From Octopus bimaculoides (Eukaryota): a stretch of 64,000 nt of DNA. The notes beneath the pieces are model-generated. The model saw nothing but the letters and a program-made list of their open reading frames with translations. It was not told the origin of the DNA and ran no database searches. Positions 43,601-54,766 of this stretch are shown here, piece after piece. The stretch covers positions 16,663,059 to 16,727,058 of the forward strand of contig NC_069005.1 in NCBI RefSeq assembly GCF_001194135.2, in the 5' to 3' direction. Numbering within the stretch: position 1 is the first letter of the stretch; every line of letters starts with the position of its first letter. The translations under genes and the position numbers were made by a program.

Positions 43601-46600
43601 CTAATAATGTCTGATAGCGTTAACTGTTCATTTTAGATCCCAATAATCTTGGTAAATTATCACAACTTTATCACATCATCATTTTAAAATTCATTTTCCC
43701 ATGCTTTATGTGTCAGACAGAGTTTATTGAGGCAGATGTTTTACAACCTGATGCCCTTCCTATTGCCCACTCTCACCTGTTTCTAAGCAAGGTAATATTT
43801 CCCATAGCCAGGAAATGAATGACATTCATTTACCACAATCACACAATATCAAAACAAAGAGACAAAACAAAGAGACACACACATATATACAGTAGGCTTC
43901 AGTCTGCATCTACTAAATCCATTCACATGGTTTTGGTCAACCTTGGGCTATAGTAGAAGAGACCTGCCCTAGGTGTTACTCAATGGGACTGAACCCAAAA
44001 TCATGTGATTGGGAAGCAAACTTCTTAACCACATAGCCATCCTGCACCTGTATATAATGGATAGTTATTGTCTGTCTACTAGGGTTTACTGGTCTTAGAT
44101 TTAAATAATGCATTGGCCACAAGCTCTTCAGCTTTTAACAGTGAGGACAGTTATATAATACACCAAACATCATATGAATTAATCAATTAACCCCTTTGAT
44201 ACTGTGACAGCCCTTGGTTCTGTCATACAAATATCCCATTTTAAAGTGATCTAAAGTAAAATCTTTCATCAAAATTTCATGTTAATTTATGTTTCAAACA
44301 ACAGAATAATAATGACAATGTCATTTTGATTAATTTTTCATTATTTTCAAAATGAATTGAAACACTGGCAGTGTATTTCAACAGAAATATGGTAACAAAA
44401 CGGTTTTAGTATCAAACCAATCTCTTTTTCTTTTATGTTCTTCGTTCTTCTATTTTCTACTGACTTTTGTCATCAAATTTGTTTTTCTATATTTTATTTC
44501 CTATCATTTCATTCTTTTTGCTTTCTTCTCAGGTGGAAATTCTATTTGGGAAAAACCTTTCAAAGATGAGTTTAAGCCTAACCTAACACACTCAGGCCGT
44601 GGGGTACTGAGTATGGCAAATTCTGGTCCAAACACGAACAAGTCCCAATTGTAAGTTGATACAAAAGAGTGTGTTTAAACACACACACACACACACACAC
44701 ACATATCTAAAGTAAAATAAGTCTCCTGTGTTGAGTCATTGGACTCATAGTGCTGGTTATCCAGTTCCCATGGCTATAAGTGATCAAAACCACATTTAAC
44801 CCTGTCACAGGGTCTCTCATTCACAACTGAGTGGACTGGAGCAATGTAAAATGAAGTGCTTTGTGCAATGAATGCAACACACTGCTTTGTTTGGGAATTG
44901 AAACCACAATCTTACAATCATCACACACACATGCATGCACATATATGCATACATACCACCACTTGCACTTAAATTTACTTCTTTCTAGGCCCCACTGAGG
45001 AAATGACAAAGGACTGGGAGATGTTGCGATTTGCTGTACTTGGTAAGACACATCAAGCTAAGTAAAATCGCTGTCTTCCACACATACAGGCTTCTCCTTT
45101 CAGGTGCTGGTGCCACATAAAAAATACCTGTGCTGGTGTTGCATAAATGCACCTGTGCCAATAGCACATAAAAAGCACCCAGCACACTCTGTTAAGTGGT
45201 TGGCATTAGAAAGGGTTACAGCAGACAGTTGGAGTCTGGACAGCTCTCTGTTAACCAGCTCCATGTCAAACCATCCAACCCATGCCAAAATGGAAAGTGG
45301 ATGTTAAACGATGGAGGAGCAATGGCCCAGTGGTTAGGGCAGCGGACTCGTGGTCGTAGGATTACGGTTTCGATTCCCAGACTGAGCGTTGTAAGTGTTT
45401 ATTGAGCGAAAACACCTAAAGCTCTACGAGGCTCTGGCAGGGGGTGGTGGTGAGCCTTTTACTTTTTTAAAGGTGGTGCTCCAGCATGGCCGCAGTCAAA
45501 TGACTGAAACAAGTAAAAGAGATGATGATGATGATTGATATAAGATCATAATCGTGGCCGATGCCAGTGTCATGTAACTGGCACATAAAATGTACTCTTC
45601 AAACATTGGCTGATATGCTGTGCTTGAAAAGACCTCTCAAGCCGAGTGAAACCATAGTTGTGACTGATGCTAGTGCCGTCTGACTGGCACATAAAAAGCA
45701 CCGTTTAAGCATTGGGCCTCACAGTGGCAGTAACAGGTGATCAACACCTTTTGCTGATATACTGTGCTTGTGTAAACCTGCCAAGCCAAGTGCAATCGTA
45801 GTCATGGCCAATGCTAGTGTCACGTCAATGGCTCCCATGCCAGTGGCATGTAAAGAGCACCCACTATACCCTTGGAGCGGTTGGCATTCAGCTGTAGAAA
45901 CCTTGTCAGATAGATTTGAACCAGGTGCAGCTCCCCAGCTTACCAGATCTCAGTCAAACCATCCAACCTATGCCAGCATAGAAAACATGTTAAATGATGA
46001 TGGGACAGTCTCCGGATGCAAAAAGAAAATTTGTTAGTCATATTGTACAAGGATAAAAGACAAATTTTATTTTTATCTATCAATGAACAGCCAAGTGTTG
46101 GTGTTGATGGAAAGCCTATAGTAAATATTTCATATAATAAACATGGGTGGAGTGGATAAATCTGACTAGTGTCAGTCATACTACCCAATTGGAACAACCA
46201 GGATTAAAAAATGGTGAGGTATATTTTGTGGTTTTTAGTTAATTTGACTATTGTTAATTAATATATTGTGTATGTAAAAAGCCATGAGGTACCTCTGTCC
46301 CTTATCCCCTAGACCTCTTATGCTCCATCACTGTGGGCAATGTCTTCTAGAGACTCACATCCAAAGTTAGTTGCAGTTCCGTCACACCTAAACTAGGGTG
46401 AGGGACTCAGCCTCATACAGTTGGGGGCTGGCATAGCCAGCGAGTGCGAGGGAGCTACTCATGCTGCTAGTTATTTTTTCAATGACTCCTCAGCGATTCC
46501 AAGCATCTCATTGTCAAGCTTGACATGAAAAACACTTACAGCTGTCTGCACCATGACCACTTGGTTCAGGCCTGCTTCAGCCATACCTTGTCTGCCTACC

Positions 46601-49600
46601 TGCTGTACAAGGCTCTGAGCATGCTCATCACCACAGATGAGGTCATATCATTTTTGACTGGCACTCAACAGTGATCCATTGAGCCTCCTCCTGTTCACTC
46701 TTGAGGTGGATGGCATTGCTTGGAGCATCACGGCTCCTTTCACCATCTAGTACATGGATGATGTGACAATAGGTGGGCTTGTAGAGAGTGTCTGTCACAA
46801 TCTCCTATTAGTTGTTCAGGTTCTGCTCTAGCGAGCATTGGCTTTAAGATAAAGTCATTTGAGTTGGAGGTTGTGAACATCACTTATGACACAGAAGGTT
46901 TTGTGTCCTCATCTCAGACATATGTTTACTACTTCACCTCCCATCTGCCATTCACTCCACCCTCAGGTCTAAGCTTCACCAGCTTGAAAGATTGATGGAC
47001 AGACTGTATGTGATCACCACCCACCAAGCACTGTTCCTGTTAAGGAACTGCTTTGTTTTGCCAAAGTTATTGCTTAACTTCCACAGTGCCCTTTGCTACA
47101 GCCATGTATCTCTCCTCACAGATCTCAATGCCTCTATCCAATGGGCCACTGAAGAAATGAGTAGGGTACATTAGGTTCAGTGGCACTGGATGGCAACAGG
47201 CCACCTTGCCCATCAAATTTGGTGACTTTGGCCTTTGATCTCTGGTCTCACTGACCATGCTGGCTTCTCATTAACAGGGTTCTCCACACCTGAATCATTA
47301 GTGATTGAGGAATGTGAGGTAGCCTCCATGACATAGAGCCAGATTGGCTTGCACTTTGCTGACATCCATCCCCCTCTGCCCTTTGTGGATGTCTAGTCCT
47401 CTCAAAAGAAATGGGATGAGTTAGTGTACCAACTTGACCAGCACCATGTAGCATGTTTCTGCTCAGCCTCTGAGCCTCGCAGTGGAGATTGGCTTCATGC
47501 AGTGCCATCGCTCACAACTGGCACTCAGCTTGATAGTGACAGTCTGTGCATCAGCATTTTCCTGAGGCTTGGCCTCCAGATCTGTGAGCCTCATGAATGC
47601 CACTGCAGACCCACTGTGGATTCTTTTGGTCTCCACCCACTGTCATACCATCATATTACTGGCCACCTTCCACATCATGCTACCCTTAACAAAATCAAAA
47701 GCATGGCCTAGATGCCCCTGGCTTCCCTTCCCAGCTTGAGCCTGCTGAACTAGACTGAGGGGATGGTAAAAGGCCTGACAATATGACAGTTTTCCTGTTC
47801 TGTGGCAGTAGGCCCCTCATCTGGGATGTCACATGCTGTGACATCTTCTCTAGTGACAACTTGATGTGTTCAGCTACTAGCCCAGGCTCCACTGTGCATC
47901 AGGCTGAGAAAAGCAGACTGTCAAGATATCGGTTGCTCTCTGACAGATTCATGGTTAAGTCTGTAGCAGCAGTGGAGACCTCTGGTGTTTTTGGCCCCTG
48001 GAACATATCCCTGCTCACTGTCGAGCCCCTTAAGTCAGAGTGGCTGTTCCAGCATATCTCCCTCACCATCCTCAGACCACCTAATGGTCCTGTATCTAGT
48101 CAATTTGTTGTCATTTAATTTGTCCCCAGTCAATTCATCAAGATCATAGGGAAAATGGAAGAATGAATATCTGAATTAAAAAAACATTTATTTTAAGATT
48201 TGCTGTGTTACATATTTATTTTTACTTAAAATTTAAGATTGTGTTCAATTGCCTTTAGAAAAATAATTTTTTGCCTTGGATCATATTTCTCCATGAAAGT
48301 TTTTATATGTAGGTTTATATCTCTGTATTTTTTCTTTTAGTTTGGTTCTTCTCCTTGCATAAACTTGTGGAATTTGGTCCTGGCAAACCCTTTCTTCACA
48401 TTTAATCACATCAATAAGTTTCCAAATATTTGGATGATTAATATTCACTGTGTTTTTCAGCACACTATGACAGGCTTCTAAACTATTTGTAGTATGAGCA
48501 ATCCCTGTCATACATCAATCCCAAATATTCCATATGGAGGTTCAAGGTGTCACCTCCTCTGTCCTCTTCCTCTAGGTGGTCCTATATAATTATTTTCAAA
48601 ATAGGATACAACTGACTGTGGAATATCATCATCATCTACATGTTGTTCATATCCATCTACAACATCATTAACTGGCAAAATACCACATTTTTAGACGAAA
48701 ACTGTTGTCTTCTTGAAATCTGCATTTTAGTCCTTCTTGCACAACATGCTTGTTCACATTTTGTCCTAAATGAAACAAGCAGCATGCCAAATTCAACCCA
48801 GGAAATGATTCCAGAAATCCGTTATGGGCTGCTTTTTCGAAATCCATAATTATATTATCAGGTCCGTCATTCTGCAGTAATTCATTTATTTTGGCAAAAA
48901 GTCTAAAAAATTCCACTGCTAGTCATAGATTTATAGAAATATTAATGGACTCTTATGGCTACAAGAAAAAAAAGATTTAAATACTTGTAGCAGAGATGGC
49001 ATATGAGAATTTTTACAAAATTACCTGTTTAGGGCTACAAATGAGATGTGTAGTTGGAGGAAAGTCCCAACCGAACCAAAGACAATTTGATTGAAGAGCA
49101 ATACATTTGGTAGGGCAGTAAAAGCTTAGAAACAAGCTTGTAAAACCTGAAAAAAAGATGGTAATAAAAAGCATTACCAAATGGCCAGAAGGGCAGCTAG
49201 GCAACAGGTATAGTTGGCTAAGGGTGAAGCAGAAAGGATGGCATATGTTCATGTCCTGCAATGTGAGGATCAGAGGCATCAAGTGTTCAGGATTGTGAGA
49301 CAGTGTTAGAGAAAATTGAGATATCATTGTTGGGATGTGTATTCAGAATGAAGGCCCATTTGCCATTGATGTAGAAGACAAGAAAATGGCATGGAAGTGT
49401 TATTATGAGGGGTTGCTGACTATGGAGAAAGCATGGGTTAAAGAGAGACTACCTCATGTTGACCCCACAGAGGGTCCAGCAATTCAGGTTGACAGCAGCA
49501 TTATAAATAAAGTGATCGAGCACATAAAGAGAGCAAAAGCTACTGGTCTATCAAGGATAATTGCTGTGACACTTAAAATATCTGATTACCACCCAAATAG

Positions 49601-52600
49601 TTAATCAAGTGATACAGGAATGTGTCATACCCAATGACTGATATAGCAGTGTCTCATTATCTTCTACAGGAGAAATTTAGAGGAATCAAATTGCTGGATC
49701 TAGATGTGAAAGTCACAGAGAGAGAGAGCGAGAGCAATAGCAAAATTGATCTATAGCAGAGTGATTCTAGATGAAATGCAGTGTAGTTTTATGAGTAGAT
49801 GAGGTACCATTCATCTTAGCAAGGCTAAACTACTCTTCCTGGCATATATTGACTTGGGAAAGGTGTTTGACAATGAACTATGTTCGGTCACTAAGGAAAC
49901 TAGGTGTAAATGATTGGTTTGTGAGGGTTGTATAAGCTATGTAAAAAATGCAATAAGGTGAGAGTCAACCATGATTTCAATGATGAATTTAACATGAAGG
50001 TAGGAGTCCATCAAGGCTTAGTCCTCAGCCTACTTCTATTCATCATAGTACTACAAACCATCACGGAGGAGTTTAAGATTGGCTGTCCATGAGATTTCTT
50101 ACATGTTAACCTAGTTCTTGTAAACGAATCTATAGTGGAGTTAGAGAGAAAATTCCAAGCAAAGAAGCTAATCTTAGAATTGAAAGGCTTCAAGGTAAAC
50201 TTAGTAAAGATGAAGGTTTCAGTAAGTAAGGAAGAAGATAGGTCCCAAGTCTCTTCAAAGAAATGGCCTTGTTCAGACATTGAATCCAATGTAAGCTATG
50301 AACAAACGAAGTGTAGTGAAATCACAGGTGAGATACAAGCCCTTATTTGTCTATATAATTATGCCTGTCAAGTTGTAATATGTGCATGTGTGATGTTAAA
50401 TAATGATATATATATATATATATATGTGTTTCTTTTGCAGCTTCATAACATTCCGTTCATGTGGCCACCTTGACAACAAACATTCAGTATTTGGCAAGTA
50501 AGATCGGCACACTGATTTCTTAATTTTTGTTTATTCACACTGCAACAACCTGGGCTACTGAGAATTATTTGTAAAAATAAAATGTAGACAATACTTTATG
50601 GAACACCATTAGTACACAAACCAATTACTCAATTGTTCCAATATCTCATCAATCCTGGCCGACTATAACAATGCATGGCTTAAGAAACATTTAACCCTTA
50701 AGCATTTAAACTGGCCATATCTGACCAAAATATTCTACCTGTTCTATGTTTCAATCAGCAAGATCTGACCTCTCACACCTACCCTACAATGTTCTAAAAA
50801 TAAACAATCACATCATCAAAATCTCAAACATCAAAGTAATGCATGATTAATTGAAAACAATGTGAATAAATAGGTTTTACATTTAATAGAATAAGCTGAA
50901 TGCTAAAGGGTTAAAAAGAAAATTGAATATAATAATTATAGTTCTGAGAGGACCCATCAAGTCAAGTGAAATCATAGTCATGGTAACTGGCACCTGTGCT
51001 GGTGGCATGTAAAGAACACCGGAGACAAAGTTGCTGAGTTCCTTTCGAGTGTTGGGCCTCATGGAGGCAAAGTAGCTGAGTTCTTGTTAAGCATTGGGCC
51101 TCACGGAGGCAAAGTAGCTGAGTTCCTTTTGAGTGTTGGGCCTCATGGAGGCAAAGTAGCTGAGTTCTTGTTAAGCATTGGGCCTCACGGAGGCAAAGTA
51201 GCTGAGTTCCTNNNNNNNNNNNNNNNNNNNNNNNNNNNNNNNNNNNNNNNNNNNNNNNNNNNNNNNNNNNNNNNNNNNNNNNNNNNNNNNNNNNNNNNNN
51301 NNNNNNNNNNNNNNNNNNNNNNNNNNNNNNNNNNNNNNNNNNNNNNNNNNNNNNNNNNNNNNNNNNNNNNNNNNNNNNNNNNNNNNNNNNNNNNNNNNNN
51401 NNNNNNNNNNNNNNNNNNNNNNNNNNNNNNNNNNNNNNNNNNNNNNNNNNNNNNNNNNNNNNNNNNNNNNNNNNNNNNNNNNNNNNNNNNNNNNNNNNNN
51501 NNNNNNNNNNNNNNNNNNTAGCTGAGTTCCTTTTGAGTGTTGGGCCTCACGGAGGCAAAGTAGCTGAGTTCCTTTTGAGTGTTGGGCCTCACGGAGGCAA
51601 AGTAGCTGAGTTCCTTTTGAGTGTTGGGCCTCACGGAGGCAAAGTAGCTGAGTTCCTTTTGAGTGTTGGGCTTTGTGGAGACAATGACCGAGGCATTTGG
51701 TGTTAAGTCATGCTTGAGAAAAAGACCCCTCAAGCCAAGCAAAATTGCAGTCATGGCAGATACTGGTGTCACACAAATGGCACCTGTGCCAGTGGCATGC
51801 AAAAGCACTCATTACACTCTCGGAGTGGTTGTTAGGAAGGGCATTCAGCTGTGGAAAACCATGCCAAATCAAACTGGAGTCTGGTGCAGCCTTCCAGCAT
51901 GTCTGCCCAGTCAACCCATGCCAGCATGGACAACGGATGTTAAATGATGGTGATGAGGATGATGATAGTTCCTTGTGTAAATTTTGATCATGCTGATTTC
52001 CTCTTTATATTGTAATCTCACTAATTTCTTGTACATATTAAGATTAAAGTTATTTCCTGTACATATATTGAGATCATAGTTTATTTTCCATATACCTTGT
52101 AGTCACATAGGTTTCTTGTATATGCTGTCTGTAGTCATGTACATTTCCTGTGAACACACTAGTTTTCAGAACAGGTATTGCAGTGTAGTTGAGAAGTTTG
52201 CTTCCCAATCACATAGTTTTAGTTTCAGTTCCACTGCATGGCACCTTAGACAAGTATCTTCTGCTATAGTCAGCACATTTACCAGCACGCATTCATTTAT
52301 GCATTTCCTACATACACATGTACACGTAGTTGTGCATGCATATCTCACACACAAACACAAGACATATATTCACTTGAGCACAAATACATTGTACATATAC
52401 ATATAGGAGAGGGCGTTATGAGTTGCCAGGGAAGAGCCGGGGACAAAAACTTCTTAGCCATCATTTAGGAAGCAATGAGGGGTGAGAGAGGAAAGGGGGA
52501 TTAACTGAACTACTTTTCTTTCTTTCTTATATTAAAGATACAACTGTGCTTGAGTTGAATCATTTTCAAGATTTTTTTCTTATTTCCTTATTAGCTCTTC

Positions 52601-54734
52601 ATGCTAGGCTTGCAACAATAGCTTCCCTAAACTCATTTCAAGATGTTTTTAGTATCATCATCAGGATGAAGTTTTGATAATAATGGGCAGGTTCTTCACT
52701 CATTTTCTAGTAGGTTGAAAATGTTCATGGGAATACTGTTATAATGATAAAATCATCAATACCAGAATTACAGGTTATATAATGATTAAGTTATGGAAAA
52801 TTTCATGGTTTATTTAATACTAGCAGTATAGCCTGGCGCTGCCCGGGATTAAGCTAGAATTATTAAGTGATCAAGTGCTTTATTTCAAACCAAAATAAGT
52901 AACATCGACATCAGATTTGACCGAAATCCGTTGAAATTGGTTTGGCTGAAAATGGTTTGCTGGCAATTTGATTGGGAAATCCCATAAGGAATCAGTTTAT
53001 TGGTTATTTCCACTCATTGACTTTTTTTTTAAGTTGCATTAGAGATCTGCATAGGAGAAGGTTGATCTGAAGGTTTGCATTGGGGATGTGGATTGGAGTA
53101 ACTTAGGAAAACTTACCAACAGCCTTAACCAAAAAATAAGGGGCCTGTCCCTTCTAGGCTAACTCTAATCCTAACCCTAAACCCTAACCCTAACCCTAAA
53201 ACTGTAACCCTAACACCAACCGTAATCCTAATCCTAACCCTAACACTAACCTTAACCCTAACCCTAATCCTAACTGTAAAACCCTAACCCTAACCCTAAA
53301 ACCCTAACCGTAACACCCCAGTGGAGATCGTGCAGGTGTTAATCTGAAANNNNNNNNNNNNNNNNNNNNNNNNNNNNNNNNNNNNNNNNNNNNNNNNNNN
53401 NNNNNNNNNNNNNNNNNNNNNNNNNNNNNNNNNNNNNNNNNNNNNNNNNNNNNNNNNNNNNNNNNNNNNNNNNNNNNNNNNNNNNNNNNNNNNNNNNNNN
53501 NNNNNNNNNNNNNNNNNNNNNNNNNNNNNNNNNNNNNNNNNNNNNNNNNNNNNNNNNNNNNNNNNNNNNNNNNNNNNNNNNNNNNNNNNNNNNNNNNNNN
53601 NNNNNNNNNNNNNNNNNNNNNNNNNNNNNNNNNNNNNNNNNNNNNNNNNNNCTTGGATAGAGAAATTTTTTTTCCTTAGACGCTTTGTCTCCCTTTCCCA
53701 CTTTTTGTTGACTTTTTTTTTGTTAGACGCTAGCAAACACTGTAACACCCCTTGTCACAAACATACTATTTCTTTCTTTCTTTCTCTCTCTCTCTCTGCT
53801 TCACGCGCAGATAGGGTCATGACGAATCTCCTCCTAAAATTGGAGCGACATGCGTGCTAATTTGTAGACATGCATAAAGTACAATCACGTACACACACAC
53901 ACACACACATCCTGCCTTATATATATACGGATGTCGATTTCTTGTTTGTATTCTCCTACAAGCATGAAAGTGTCACTATATAACTGCAGACTTGGGTGTG
54001 TGCTTCTCAACCATGTAGTTTCAGGTTCAGTCCCATTCTGCACCACTTTGGGCAAGTGTCTGCTACTATAGCCTCAGACCAACCAAAGCCTTGTGAATAG
54101 ATTTAGAAGGTTGGAAACTATGTAAAAGCCCATCATATATGTGTGTTTACATGTGTGATCATTTGTATGGTAGTGCATCAGGTGGTGTTGATATCAGTTT
54201 TTCCTATGGCACCTGTGCCCAGCATCGCCTTCCTGGCACTTGTGCCGGATGGCACATTTAAAGACATTCGAGCGGGATCGTTGCCAGTGCCGCCGAACTG
54301 GCTCCTGTGCAGGTGGCACGTAAAATACACCATTTTGAGCATGGCCGTTGCCAGTACCGCCTGACTGGCCTTCATGCCGGTGGCACGTAAAAGCACCCAC
54401 TACACTCTCGAAGTGGTTGGCAGTAGGAAGGGCATCAAACTGTAGAAACTCTGCCAAATCAGATTGGAGCCTGGTGTAGCCATCTGGTTTCACCAGTCCT
54501 CAGTCAAATCATCCAACCCATGCTAGCATGGAAAGCGGATGTTAAACGACGATGATGATGATGATGATGATGAAGAAATCATTCAGTTTCTCTGTGTATT
54601 CAAAGCCATGTGGAATCAAAGGTCCCTTACTTGTAAAACAGATAAGGTTTAGCATCAGGAAGGCCTTAAACAACATATTCTTCCAAACCATGCAAGCAAT
54701 GGAAAATGGACACAAAACAAACACTACGCGCACG

Positions 54735-54766
<32 letters not shown>

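Noticed and set aside
45313-45390. tRNA gene
   Set aside because: It has A and B boxes, but I could not fold a full cloverleaf, and it continues into a SINE body.
51033-51670. Regular repeat array resembling CRISPR
   Set aside because: Head-to-tail 42-bp units with no unique spacers, eukaryotic context and no cas genes.
53160-53312. True chromosome end
   Set aside because: The array is short, degenerate, internal to a Helitron and lies inside a gene intron.
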